Assembly (NCBI GenBank): GCA_964016885.1
Contig: OZ024760.1
Location: forward strand, 6,510,001 to 6,574,000
Direction: 5' to 3'
From: Eledone cirrhosa
Taxonomy: Eukaryota
Length of the DNA: 64,000 nucleotides
Position 1 is the first letter of the stretch. Each line of letters begins with the position of its first letter. Position numbers and translations under genes: made by a program. Shown here piece after piece: positions 1 through 12,719 of this stretch. Under the pieces are notes generated by a model, which was not told where the DNA came from, searched no databases, and saw only the letters and a list, made by a program, of their open reading frames with translations.

Positions 1-203
1 AATAAATATGGTTTTATAAATATAGTTTCCATTTATTAAATATCATAGAATATTATACTCCAGAAATCTGTTGAGTGCTCTGAATCAGTTATAAACATTT
101 ATATTTGTTGAATTACCAACAAATTGAATATTCCTTTTGCTTATATATATATATATAGAGAGAGAGAGATTACAATAATCAAAGTTCAGTTTAAGTCATT
201 TAT

Positions 204-252
204 TTGCTTACAATTGTTTCCTCCAAACCGAGGTTTGGATTCTTCGGAGCAA
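204..252 (-). ncRNA. Degenerate type I hammerhead ribozyme motif (core CCGAAGA)
   Basis: Minus strand reads ttgct-CCGAAGA-a tccaaacc tc ggtttgga g-GAAAC aatt GUA-agcaa. Stems I, II and III pair; there is a U4>C substitution in the core. Confidence 0.5.
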
Positions 253-461
253 CTATTTACTGATCTATAACATACTTGACCTCCTTTTCAACCCAAGAGA
301 CATATAAAACATATGCGCATATTGATCAACAGTGGGGTGACATTCATCAAGTGATATAGCATGGCAATTTACATATACAGGTTACAGGATAAAGGTTTGT
401 ATAAATAATATATTACCATTAAAGGTTTTATTACATACATAACCATAAATAGCATCCTTAA

Positions 462-509
<48 letters not shown>

Positions 510-512
<3 letters not shown>

Positions 513-689
513 TCCTGGGTTCAATTGGGGGTAACCACAGTAAATGAGGTACCCAATACATTAGTAGAGTACATACAAAATTTAATATGGAAATAGGCTT
601 CTACAGGACTAGAACTGTTTCATTTATAAGAAATGAGGATTTCTTATGAATGAAACAATTCTAGTCCTGTAGAAGCCAATTGTATATTG

Positions 690-695
<6 letters not shown>
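510..695. mobile_element. TA-flanked fold-back element (palindrome 596-677) carrying hammerhead 3' halves
   Basis: ggcttctacaggactagaactgtttcatt...aatgaaacaattctagtcctgtagaagcc inverted repeat between (TA)n runs. Same family recurs at 14416-14570 and 61002-61090. Confidence 0.65.
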
Positions 696-746
<51 letters not shown>

Positions 747-802
747 ATTGATTAAATAAAAATGGCGTAGACATTACAATACAATGGGAGGAAACATAAT
801 AG

Positions 803-846
803 TACCACTGATGATGTTGCAGATGTGTGCCGAAAGAACTTTGATA
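803..846 (+). ncRNA. Degenerate hammerhead motif (same family as 27532)
   Basis: tacca-CUGAUGA-tgttgcagatgtgtgcc-GAAA gaac UU-tgata. The downstream tail tgaccctccccaagtataacaatat is shared with 27718-27742. Confidence 0.4.
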
Positions 847-867
847 GACTATATATATATAATATAT

Positions 868-918
<51 letters not shown>

Positions 919-1322
919 GTATTTTTAACCGTTGGTTAATGAATGATAAACATTGATTGCCAAATAAATTAACTATGGAGATATAAAAGATACAGAAGTG
1001 AAAACCAACCCAAACCAAACAGTGAGTTCTGTTATTATTTCTGTCAATATTATAACAATATGACCCTCCCCAAGTATAACAATATATATATATATACACA
1101 CACATATATATACTGTTTTAATTTATATTGTTTTCAGTGTTCTAGTTAAACCAGCATGGTGGAACACAGCCAAACACCACTTGACCTTTTAGTTATCAAT
1201 TCATATATTAAATGGTTTTTCTCTCTCGTTCTTCTTTCCTAAAGCTATACATGGAAGCTAGAATATATATGTGGGTGTGTGTGTGTGTATGTGTATATAT
1301 ACATATATATATATATACATAC

Positions 1323-1391
<69 letters not shown>

Positions 1392-1449
1392 GCGTGTAAT
1401 GCTGTGTGCGTTTGTGTATGTACTTATATATACATATATATATATATAT

Positions 1450-1636
1450 AGACGTGGTAGAAGTAGACCACGAAAAACATGGGCGGAGGTGGTGAGAACA
1501 GACCTCAGATCGTTGAAGCTCACGGTGGAGATGACGAAGGACCGTTACGAGTGGAGAGATGCTGTGCTGAATAAGACCCGTCCCACCCTTGCAAGCAGGG
1601 AAGAGCGGACGTAAAATGATGATGATGATGATGATA
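1450..1636 (+). mobile_element. RTE-clade LINE 3' end (5'-truncated), subfamily A
   Basis: Encodes [18 protein letters not shown]...DRYEWRDAV (typical RTE C-terminal GRPxxxW...DRxxWR motif). Ends in (GAT)n tail; inserted in (TA)n. Confidence 0.8.
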
Positions 1637-1929
1637 TATACTCATTTTTGTACATAAAATCCTGATAATAAAAATAAAAATGAGGAAATTAGTTCAAAGA
1701 GAGATTTTTTTTGATTATATATGTTGTATATATGTATATATATATGTGTGTATGTGTATATATATGTGTGTCTGTGTATGTGTAGATATATATGTGTGTG
1801 AGTGTGTATATATGTATGTGTATATACAGTCTATAAAATCTGTGGTCATCTATAACATATCTGTCGTCACCACTGAATTATTTAGTCAAGTTAAAATATA
1901 TAAAATTACTCCATTATTTTATAGATTCT

Positions 1930-2150
1930 GGGCGGTGGATTGGCAGTATCAGTAGAGGGTCGGACGCCATGCTTTGTAGCAAAGAGTTACGGCCCTTTAC
2001 ATTCTGAGTTCAAATCCAGCCAGGGTTAACTTTGCCCTTCATCCTTACAAGATTGATAAATTAAAGTACCAGTAATGCGATGGATCTCGATTAAATCAAC
2101 TTTCCCCCCTTCCTCGAATTGCTGGCCTTGTGCCTAGATTAGAAAGGATT
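1930..2150 (+). mobile_element. tRNA-derived SINE family B
   Basis: A-box-like tggcagtatcagtag and B-box gagttcaaatcc, followed by the conserved gactttgcctttcatccttacggggtcgataaaataaagtaccagt-type domain. Multiple copies in the window. Confidence 0.75.
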
Positions 2151-2459
2151 ATAAAACTTTATCATATCTGATACAGCAATATTACATAACTATACCATCT
2201 CTGTGGATGTCATGGATGTCCCTGGCTTAATCCCTTGTGATGTTTGTTTCCATGCTCTTTATGTTTTGAGTTCAAATCATAGGTCAACTATTTTTTTAGT
2301 TCAAATCAAAGGTCAACTTTGTTCTTCTTTCTGTGGTGATAAAATAAAGTACCAGTCCACAAACTGTGGGCTGGCAGAATTGTTAAAGTGTTGGCGGAAA
2401 GGATGCTTTTGCAAGAATCTGTTTTGGTTCAATATTTTCTGACTGAGTTCAGCTCCTAC

Positions 2460-2765
2460 TTTCTGACACTGTACACGCAGTGGTATTTCTGACACTGTAC
2501 ACACAGAGGTGCCTCTGACACTGTACACACAGAGGTGTCTCTGACACTGTACACACAGAGGTGTCTCTGACACTGTACATACAGAGGTGCCTCTGACACT
2601 GTACACACAGAGGTGTCTCTGACACTGTACACGCAGAGGTGTCTCTGTCACTGTACACGCAGAGGTGTCTCTGACACTGTACACGCAGAGGTGTCTCTGT
2701 CACTGTACACACAGAGGTGTCTCTGACACTGTACACACAGAGGTGTCTCTGACACTGTACATGCA
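2460..2765. repeat. 26-bp minisatellite (~12 copies)
   Basis: Unit tctgacactgtacacacagaggtgtc repeated in tandem. Confidence 0.9.
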
Positions 2766-3446
2766 ATGGTATTTCTGCTAGCTGTCACAACAAACAGATA
2801 GCATCAGCAGTTGAAAATCCACCTGGAGGTCAAAGACAAAGGTTCTACTTCAGAATTGCCAGGTCAGTTGGATTGGACAAAAATGTCCAATCCTTGCTCG
2901 CAGGGAAAACCCCAGATGTTACCATGGTGATGATGATGATGATGATGATGATGCTGATTGGGGGATGGGAGTGGGGATGATGATGAGTATCTTTCTTGTT
3001 TATATGGGGTTTTTTTCGTTTTGTTTTTTTCTAATATTTGTGTGTGTGTGTGTGTGTGTGTCGCTTCCTCTCCTCTCCATTTGCTATCTATTGACATGTC
3101 CAATCTTTGCTAGCAGGAAAACCTGGACATTACCACAATGATGAGAATGATGATGATGATGATAGGTATTTTTGTTGTTTGATTTTTTAGGGTTTTTTAT
3201 TTTTTTGTTTTTTTGTTTTTTTGTTTTTTGTTTTTTTGTTTTTTGTTTTTTGTTTTTTGTTTATTTGTTGTTTTTTTTTCCCCGCCTCTCCTCTCCATTT
3301 CCAATTCAGTGATCTATACAATGTTCTGATTGGAAATACATTTCTTAAGTGAGGTTGCCTCTAACTTTTTTCCTTTTCTTTTTCTTTTGGTTCATCCCCC
3401 TCCCCCGCTTAAATAAACAAGCAAATCAATATATATATATACACAC

Positions 3447-3511
<65 letters not shown>

Positions 3512-3528
3512 TTTATATAAATATATAT

Positions 3529-4050
3529 AGAAAAACCTGGGACGAGCTGATAAACTCCGACATCACACACTTACACCTCACCAAGACAATGTCACTGGAC
3601 CGAGACCTTTGGCGGTACTCAGTAACAGAGAAGACCCGCCTTACCTAAATATATAGTAAAACCTACTCCAGCCAGTAGGCATCTCTAACAAAATACACCC
3701 CAGTCCCACCACCACCACCCCCACCCGATCCACACCACCCCGTTCAATGTAAAGTTATGTTGGTGCCGCGCCATCGAGGCCGAAACAAATGAGATCGTGT
3801 AGGTGTCACGACAAAAAAACACACAGTCCACGCTGTAATGTGGCCGTGTAGGCAACACGGTAAAAACCTCCCAGACCCACACTGTAAATGTGGTTGGTGT
3901 TAGGAAGGGCATCCAACTGTAGAAAACCTGCCAGACAGTCCTATGCGAGCAAGACAATCACTCTTGCCTCAAGTGGGACTACCCCCGTCCAAACCCATGC
4001 AAGCATGGAACACGGACGTTAAACGTTGATGATGATGATGATGATGATGA
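3529..4050 (+). mobile_element. RTE-clade LINE 3' end with long 3' UTR, subfamily B
   Basis: RKTWDELINSDITHLHLTKTMSLDRDLWRYSVTEKTRLT* followed by 3' UTR and (GAT)n tail. Near-identical copy at 62871-63417 on the minus strand. Confidence 0.8.
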
Positions 4051-4073
4051 TATATAATATATAAATATATACA

Positions 4074-4109
<36 letters not shown>

Positions 4110-4509
4110 CATACACACACACATTTATATAAATATATATAATATATAAATATAACCCTCATTTATTATCGGTGATATTTACTGCTGAATGAAAAAAGAA
4201 GCAGGGAGAGGAAACATTGAAAAAATATTCCTGTGTATATCCTAAATCTCATCCATCAAATTGGTTTGACAACTTCATTTCTTTTTAAGGAACTTTCAAA
4301 ACTCTTTAAATCTGTTAAATTATGTGAATTCTTTGATAGATAGGAATAGGATAGTATGACAGTGTTTTGAGAGTATATCTTGGATGAAATGGGTGGGGTG
4401 GGAGGAAGTCCTTTTAGTGGATTTGAGAAGTATACTCTCGTTATCAGCAGCATCATCATCATCATCATCATCATCATCATTGTTTCCAGGTTATGTTGAG
4501 GGGAGAACG

Positions 4510-5103
4510 GTAATGTTGGTGGTGGTGTTGGTGGTAATGTTGGTGGTGCTGTTGTTGTTGGTGGTGGTGGTGGTGTTGGTGTTGTTGGTGGTGTTGTTGG
4601 AGGTGGTGTTGGTGATGTTGGAGGTGGTGTTGGTGATGTTGGTGGTGGTGTTGGTGATGTTGGAGGTGGTGTTGGTGATGTTGGTGGTGTTGGTGATGTT
4701 GGTGGTGGTGTTGGTGATGTTGGTGGTGGTGGTGTTGGTGGTGGTGTTGGTGATGTTGGTGTTGGTGATGTTGGTGGTGGTGGTGTTGGTGGTGGTGTTG
4801 GTAATGATGGTGGTGGTGTTGGTGATGGTGTTGGTGATGTTGGTGGTGATGTTGGTGGTGTTGTTGGTGATGTTGGTGGTGGTGTTGGTGATGTTGGTGG
4901 TGATGTTGGTGGTGGTGTTAGTGATGTTGGTGGTGGTGTTGGTGATGCTGGTGATGGTGATGTTGGTGTTGATAGTGTTGGTGGTAGTGATGAGGGTGAT
5001 GTTGGTGGTGGCGATGGTGATGTCGGTGTTGGTGGTGTTGTTGATGTTGGAGATGTTGGTGTGGATGATGGCGATAGTGTTGGTGGTGTTGGTGGTGGTG
5101 TTG
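4510..5103. repeat. (GGT/GTT/GAT)n compound trinucleotide tract
   Basis: Low-complexity triplet repeats seen directly. Confidence 0.9.
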
Positions 5104-5639
5104 GGTGCTGTACCAATTAAACAAACACTGATAAGATAACCGATATCGTTATGATTAGAATATGCTGTTATTACTTATAATTAAGGGTAACCTTCTTATT
5201 TTCTTTATCTCTTATTCTCTGACCCAGCTGTAAATCTTTACTAACTGATACAGCCTGGCCTGGCCACGTCCCGGCCTCACTCTTTTTGCCTGTCTTTCTT
5301 TCTTCCTTTTTCCTCATTCTTATTTATTATTCTATATTTCCGCATCGGATTCACATATTAGTTCCATCCATTATCTTTTCTATCCTTCCTTTTATCTCCA
5401 GAAAACTCCCATCTATGTCTTTGGTTTTAGAGGGCAGAACATCTAAAGTGGAGCTTATTCTATATAATATATATAATATTACCCCCTCCACATCACCCCC
5501 CACATCCCCACCAGCCCCCTTTATATATATATGTATATATTGAGAAATAGTGAAAAAAGATATCTGAATTTCCACCTCAACAAATATTGGAATTTCTTTG
5601 AGGTTTGTGGCAAATATTTTATTTTATTATTGTTTTTTT

Positions 5640-6950
5640 TTATGTCTAATATGTCTATTTTGCTGAAATTATTTTGGTTGAGCATTATGTTAATTTTCAT
5701 TAAAACTTTTGTTCGGACTTTCTGTAAAGTTTGTCTCAAAATATTTATCTACCTAGCTTGTGTTTTTGTTAAAATTTCAACAATATCTGTAAATTTTCAT
5801 TATAGATATTTAACTAAGTTCTCTAGGGTCTGTATCAACCATTTTTTTCTACCTCTTTTGTATTTTGTTAAAATCTTAGCAATATATATATAATTTTAGA
5901 CAACCATCTTTTGAAATTTCACTGGAATCTGTGTCTAATATTTTATTCTTCCTACTTTGGTTGAAATCTTAAAATCATTTGAAATTTTACTAAAACTGTT
6001 TAACTATATTGTTGCAATTCTCTATGGTTTGTTTGTGTCAAACAGCTTGTTTTTTCTTACCTAGTATATTGTAAGTAGTTGAACCTTCAGCATTATCTTT
6101 AATTTTACAACTATGTCTTAAAATTATTCTGAAATGTGTCAACCATTTTTTTACCTACCTTTGAATTTTGTTAAAGTCTTAGCAATATATATATAATTTT
6201 GAACAACTATCTTTTGAATTTTCACTGAAATTTGTGTCAAATATTTTATTTTTCCTACTTTTGTTGAAATCTTTAAAATCATTTGAAATTTTACTATAAC
6301 TATTTAATTTCATTAAAATTACTCTGACGTTTGTGTCAGCCATTTTTCTACCTCCCTTGTATTTTGTTAAAGTCTTAGCAATATATATAATTTTGGATTT
6401 CATTGAAATTCATGTTGAATATCTTATTTTTCTTAGTTTGTATTTTGTTGAAATCTTAAAATCATTTGAAATTTTACTACAACTATTTAACTATTTTGTT
6501 AAAATTCTCTAACGTTTGTTGTCAAACAATATATTTTTTCTTACCTATGTATGTAGTTGAAGCTTCAGCATTATCTTAAACAGCTATATCTTAAAATTAC
6601 TCTAAGGATTGTGCTAAACCTTTTTTGTTATTGTTGTTGTTCTTCTTAGGTATTTTGTTAAATCTCAGCAATATCTAAAATTTCACTTTAACAATTTCTT
6701 TGAAATTTTCTAAGGTTTATGTCAACCATTTCACCATTTTCTCCAACTTTACAACAGATACGGATTGAATTTTCTCTGAGGTTTATTCCAAACATTTATT
6801 ATTATTTATTTATTTCCTTATTTTTATTATTTTATTTCTATTTTTATTATTTTTCGGCAGTTTGTTAAATCTTTAGCAATATCTAGTGAGAATTTCAAGT
6901 CTTTCTTTGAAAACATTTTTTCTAAGGTTTGTTGTCAATCCATTCTTGTA
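5640..6950. repeat. Diverged AT-rich tandem duplications (~170-300 bp periods)
   Basis: Recurrent blocks ttttgttaaa(a/g)tcttagcaatatatataatttt (5863, 6166, 6362, 6653) and ttgaaatcttaaaatcatttgaaattttact (5961, 6264, 6448). Confidence 0.7.
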
Positions 6951-7359
6951 TCTACTGTCAGGCAGCTTTACCTGAAATTCTACTCCAACCATTTCTTTAG
7001 AAATCTTCCCTCAGGTTTCTTCTCACAACCCGTTCTTCTGTCTTTCTGTCAACACTCTTTGAATCTCTGAATCTTTCATGAGTTAACATTTTTTTTTTTT
7101 CAAAAATTTTTCCTGTTCTTCTTCATCTCTTCCTTGATTCTAACATCTCTTCCAAAGATTCTAACATCGTTATTTGTCTTTATATTTTCTCTTGCTGTTG
7201 TTGTTGTTGTTATTATCATCATCATCATCATCATTATTATCATCATCATCATCATCATCATCATAATCATTATCTTATTGTTATTGTCATCGACATTATT
7301 GTCATTTTTATTATTATTATTATTATTTTTATTATTATTATTATTATTATTATTCTTTT

Positions 7360-8100
7360 CTTGGAGTCTCAGTCATTGATGTTATTTAATTGAAAAGTTT
7401 GTTCAAATGAATATCAAGCCACTACCTGCAACCTCAGATATTCAAGACATATCGGAAGGTTCTTGCTGTTCCCAGCAAGCATGCCTTTTGAAGAGTTCAA
7501 AAAGAGGAGCCATCCTTGGAAACTCTTTGAGGTAGTAGTGCTCCTATGACAATCGGGATGACCTTGATCTCACGACAGTCCCAAATCCTTTTTAATTCCC
7601 ACTTTAAATCCTAGTATTGCTTAATTTTCTCCTTCTCCTTTTCTTGCACTCTTGTGTCAAAGAGGCAGGCTACATCTACAATCAGGCATGATCATTTTTC
7701 CTTTTCAAAAACCACCAGGTCAGGCTTATTGTGTTCTAATTTCTTGTCTGTCTGTATCCTGAAATCCCATAGCACCTTCACTTGATCCTTTTCTATCACC
7801 AACTCCGGCTTATGCTCATACCACTTCTCAGAATGTGGTAAATTATTTAGTTTGCATAAATGCCAGTGAATCACCTTTCCTATCACACCATGCCTCCAGC
7901 CTTTATAGTGAGTCTGGGCTAGGTGTTAACACCCGGGTACAATGTGAGCCAGTCTCCTCTCTCTCTCCACAGATCCTCCCCCTTATCAGTATGATGTTTC
8001 ACTCACTTCGTTATTATTGTTATTATTATCACAAAACCCACATCGTACCATCCTGTGCCGTTTGTAATGTTTTTCTTGATGTCAGCCCTTGTGGCCAATA
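7360..8100 (-). pseudogene. Older degraded copy of R4/Dong-like retrotransposon 3' end (RLE domain + 3' UTR)
   Basis: Encodes VIHWHLCKLNNLPHSEKWYEHKPE...WDFRIQTDKKLEHNKPDLVV. Homologous to 8651-9400, with stops and deletions; flanked by (TAA)n. Confidence 0.85.
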
Positions 8101-8106
8101 AAGAAA

Positions 8107-8142
<36 letters not shown>

Positions 8143-8173
8143 GTAGTAGTAGTAGTAGTAGTAGTAGTACTAT

Positions 8174-8224
8174 TCTTTGAGCCTCAGTCATTGATGTTAT
8201 TTAACTGGAAAGTTTGTTCAAATA
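8174..8224 (-). mobile_element. Extremely 5'-truncated R4/Dong 3' UTR remnant
   Basis: ttgagcctcagtcattgatgttatttaactggaaagtttgttcaaat matches the 3' termini at 7360-7410 and 8651-8702. Confidence 0.7.
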
Positions 8225-8229
8225 AAATT

Positions 8230-8625
8230 ATTGGCAGTATCAGTAGAAAGTCTGACGCCATGCTTTGCAATATAGAGTTACGGCCCTTTACGGTTTGAGT
8301 TCAAATCCCGCCGAGGTTAACTTTGCCTTTCATCCTTACGGGGTCGATAAAATAAAGTACCAGTCACGCACTGGGGTCGATTTAAGCGACTTTCCCCACC
8401 CCAAAATTGCTGGCCTTGTGCCTATATAAGAAACAATTATTATTATTATTATGAACCCTTGTGGTTAATAAAGAAAACATTATTATTATGAGTTATTATT
8501 ATTATTATTATTAGTTCAAATCCCGCCGAGGTTGACTTTGCCTTTCATCCTTACGGGGTCGATAAAATAAAGTACCAGTAATGCACTGGGTAATTGCTGG
8601 CCTTGTGCCTAAAGTAGAAACAATT
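8230..8625 (+). mobile_element. SINE family B, two tandem/partial copies
   Basis: B-box gagttcaaatcccgccgagg plus central domain at 8297-8365; repeated at 8513-8580. Confidence 0.75.
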
Positions 8626-8650
8626 ATTATTATTATTATCATTGTTATTA

Positions 8651-11120
8651 CTCCTTGAGTCTCAGTCATTGATGTTGGTTAACTGGAAAGTCCGTTGGAA
8701 TGAATATCAAGCCACTACCTGCAGCCTCAGATATTCAGGACGTATCGGAGGGTTCTTGCTGTTCCCAGCAAGCATGCCTTTTGAAGCGTTCCAAAAAGCG
8801 TGAAGGGGCCGATTTTCTTTAACCATCCCTGGAAACTTTTGGAGATAGTCCCCAGTGCGCCTATGACAATCGGGACCACTTTGACTTCATGGCAGTTCCA
8901 AATCCTTTTCACCTCCCACTTTAAGTCCTGCTATCGGTTAATTTTCTCCCTCTTCTTCTCTTGCACTCTCGTGTCGAATGGGCAGGCCACATCCACAATC
9001 AGGCACGATCTTTTTTCTTTGTCCACAACCACCAGGTCAGGTCTATTGTGTTCCAGTTTCTTGTCCGTCTGTATCCTAAAATCCCACAGCACCTTCACCT
9101 GATCGTTCTCTATCACCGCCTCTGGCTTATGCTCATACCATTTCTCAGAATGTGGTAAATTGTTTACTTTGCACAGGTGCCAGTGGATCACCCTGCCCAT
9201 CACATCCTGTCTCCAGCCCTTATAGTGGGTCTGGGCTAGGTGTTTACACTCGGATACAATGTGAGCCACAGTCTCCTCTCTCTCTCTCCACAGATCCTGC
9301 ACAGTGGGTTAGCCTCCTCCTTGTAAATATGGTGTTTCAACCACTTCGTTTTGAGGGCCTGCTCCTGCGCAGCCATTAACATTCCTTCTGTAGCCTTTTT
9401 AAGGTCTCCTCTTTTCAACCAGCTCCATGTCTGTGGATCTCTAAATTCAGTTTTCTCAAAGAAGGTACTATGAAGGGATTTTTCCTGAAGGCTGCTCTTT
9501 CTCCTTGATGTTATTTCCTCCTTGGACATCCCCTGGCCTATTGTCCCCTCCTTCAGTACAGTTCTGAGCATTGGCTCCTTACTATCAGTCACGTATTTGT
9601 GTAGGTTGTTTTTCTCCATCTGAACACAGTCCTCTATGCTGATAAGGCCTCTTCCACCCTCAGATCTCCTTAAGTAGAGTCTATCGACATCACTCCTCTT
9701 GTGGAACATGTTGTAGATAGTCAATAGCTTCCTAGTCTTCCTATCCATTTCTTTTTGTTCAACAACATTCCATCTCAGAATTCCCGCACTGTACCTAATA
9801 ATAGACACAGCTCGGGAATTTACTGCGCTTATGGCATTTCTGCTGTTCAGATGTGACTTCAATACGCTCCTTACTCTCCGAATGTATTCAGTTCTTAACA
9901 ATTCCTTCATTTTTTTGTTCTTTATGCCATCAGCCTCCAGAATGCCCAAATACTTGTATCCTTCCTCAGAGTCAATTTCCTTTATCATCTCACCTGTTGG
10001 TATCTGGATTCCGTTACTTCTGCTCAACCTACCCCTCCTCATCACAATGACTCCACACTTACTAATACCAAATTGCATACATATATCACTGCTGAAAATA
10101 CGGACAGTGTCAACAAGCACATCCAACTCCTTCTCACTCTTCCCGAAGAGCTTAAGATCGTCCATAAAGAAGAGGTGATTGATGGTAAGCCCTCCCTTTC
10201 CCAACCTGTATCCTGCTCTCACTTTTCGCAGTACACTGGTCAGGGGCATCAGGGCAAGGACAAACAACAGAGGGGACAGGCTATCTCCCTGGAAGATACC
10301 TCTCTTGATCTTCACGCTTCCCAAGGATTCTCCAGTTGATGTCAACTCTGTTTCCCAGGACCTCATACTTTTGCCCAACAACTGTCTGATGTTATCTGCC
10401 ACCTTGAAGATCTCCAGGCTTTTGGTGATCCAAGAATGAGGCACCATGTCAAATGCCTTTCTGTAGTCTATCCATCCCATGGCAAGATCAGTGTGTCTCC
10501 TCTTGCAATTCCCCATTACCATCTTATCAATAAGTAACTGGTCCTTTGTACCACGTGACTTCTTTCGGCATCCTTTCTGTTCGTCCGGTAACAAGTTGTT
10601 TGTGTGGAGGTGATGGTAGATTTCCTCAGACATAATGCTCGTCAACAGTTTCCACATTACGGACAGACATGTGATAGGTCTATAGTTGGTAACATCATTA
10701 CCCTTGATTCGGTCTTTCATTATCAGAACTGTGGTACCTTTTGTCAACCACTCTGGTACCTCACCTGACATCAAGCAGTCATTGAACATGGTTGTCAGTT
10801 TCGGGTGGAGGGATGTTATATTTTTAATCCAATACCCCTGCACACCATCTGGGCCTGGTGATTTCCAGTTGGTTAGTTTTTTGGCCTGCCCCTTAAGAGT
10901 TTCAACTGTGATACTCAAATCAGTTTGTTGGTGTGCCTGTTCACTGATCTCCTTCTGTACTGTCTCAATCCACACTGCCTGGTCATTATGTCTAACATCC
11001 TGCTCCCATATTCCTCTCCAGAATGTTTTAGTTTGTTCCGCCTCAGGGATCAAGTCGTTGCCTCTTTCTTTCCCTTCAAGCTGTCCAAACAGCATCTTCT
11101 GGTTGTTGTCGAACATGCGG
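8651..11120 (-). mobile_element. R4/Dong-clade RLE non-LTR retrotransposon, 5'-truncated, inserted in (TAA)n
   Basis: RT, CCHC knuckle and PD-(D/E)xK restriction-like endonuclease in one polyprotein; (TAA)n at both ends; short 3' UTR. Confidence 0.9.
8727..11116 (-). pseudogene. Reverse transcriptase / RLE polyprotein, disrupted
   Basis: RT motifs KSPGPDG, YRPITCL, GIFQGDSLSPLLF, HLFFMDDLKLF, YKYLG (ORF 9236-11116). CCHC CRICG-(frameshift)-EETVAHIVSEC; RLE RPDLVV..DVACPFD..EK. A 2-bp slip in the (GA)n run near 9275-9288 and a TAG at 8931-8933 disrupt the frame. Confidence 0.9.
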
Positions 11121-11500
11121 TTATTATTATTATTATTATTATGATTATTATTATTATTATTATTATTAACATCTACAGTGTTAAATTAAACCAAATCTAT
11201 TAAACACAAACTATTTGAAAGCCCCCCAATTTTTTTTATCTTGTTTTAAATTTTCTCTGATTATCTTTTTTTTGTGGTTAATTTAATTATGTTTGTTTGT
11301 TTTTTAAAAAAATAAACAACTTTATTCTTTTAATTAATTCCCCAGAACTAATTAAGTTGTTAAGTAAACATTAGTACATCTCTTTATATTTTGATTTTAG
11401 TCATGAAGTGAGGTGTCCATCACATCACACCTTACCTCCCCTCACAGACAATACTTTTGTTGTGTTGGAAACAACGAACATATTCTGTGGTTTTAAACAA

Positions 11501-11567
<67 letters not shown>

Positions 11568-11568
11568 G

Positions 11569-11897
11569 AGTGGTTAGAGCATTGGCCTTGCAATGGAAAG
11601 GTTGTGAGTTTAATTCTGAGACCGGGTGATGTGTTGTTTCCTTGAGCAAGACACTTTATTTCACATTGCTCCAGTTTACTCAGCTGTAGAAATGAGATGA
11701 TAGGGACTGGGGTCCATATCATTCCACTGCAAAGTGGTCGTGGAGGTGCCACGCCAAAAAAGCACCCAGCCCACACTGTAAATGAGGTTGGTGTTAGGAA
11801 GGGAATCCAGCTGTAGAAATCAAGCCAGAATCAGTTCCCGTCTCACCCTTGCAAGCAGGGAAAAGTGGACGTAAAATGAAATGATGAATGATGATGA
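11569..11897 (+). mobile_element. tRNA-CORE SINE family A with RTE-derived tail
   Basis: tRNA-like head, CORE-like tgtgttgtttccttgagcaagacacttt...cagctgtagaaatg, and tail cacccttgcaagcagggaaaag..gacgtaaaatgatg shared with the RTE end at 1584-1636. Confidence 0.85.
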
Positions 11898-12208
11898 TAT
11901 AGTAGAGTTGTACATGAAAAAAAAAAACGAAATTCTTCATCAACCACCCTCTGTACAATGCAATTTCATGCATAAAGGCAGTTTTGCATATATATGTATA
12001 TTGTCTTCATTTTCATGGAGGTTTTTTTTTTGTTGTTTTTCCCCCCATGTTTTCATGTGGTAGATGAGTCTTCTCCAGCATGGAGTCCCTTCTCTTCTTT
12101 CTTACCTTTGTCATCCCTTCTGTGAAGTTCAGTATCCATCTTGGGGCCCACTCTCACTGCTTCTGCTTCTCATATCTTCTTCAGCCTGCCTCTACCATCT
12201 CTCTCCCA

Positions 12209-12270
<62 letters not shown>

Positions 12271-12276
<6 letters not shown>

Positions 12277-12657
12277 AGTAAAAGGAAAAGAAAATGCTGA
12301 CAAATTGTTCCCAGTGAAAAATAGTTTAATTAGGAATAAGTAAAAATTAGTAATAAGTATTGGTTAGTATTCAGTTTTAGTTTTAAGTTTTTACCGGTTG
12401 TGCATTTCTAATGTTTTTCAAAAATAATTTTGAGATGGAGCGCCCGTGATGTTTGCTCTAAACAGATTAGAGCAAACATCACGGGCGCTCTATCTCAAAA
12501 TTATTTTTGAAAAGCATTAGAAATGTGCAACCGGTAAAAACTTAAAACTAAAACTGAATACTAACCAATACTTATTACTCATTTTTACTTATTCCTAATT
12601 AAACTATTTTTCACTGGGAACAATTTGTCAGCATTTTCTTTTCCTTTTACCAATATA
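12271..12657. repeat. Long near-perfect palindrome (~190-bp arms, 5-nt loop acaga) in TA context
   Basis: Left arm 12271-12461 is the reverse complement of 12467-12657 with a handful of mismatches. Contains hammerhead-like UUGAAAA-gcattagaaatgt-GCAAC CG GUA. Confidence 0.9.
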
Positions 12658-12683
12658 TCACAACTCGTGTTTTACACCTCTAT

Positions 12684-12719
<36 letters not shown>

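Noticed and set aside
4256-5575. Possible host exons on the minus strand
   Set aside because: Short non-repetitive stretches have in-frame stops and no recognisable homology.
9831-11144. Plus-strand ORFs overlapping the RT
   Set aside because: Antisense shadows of the retrotransposon ORF.
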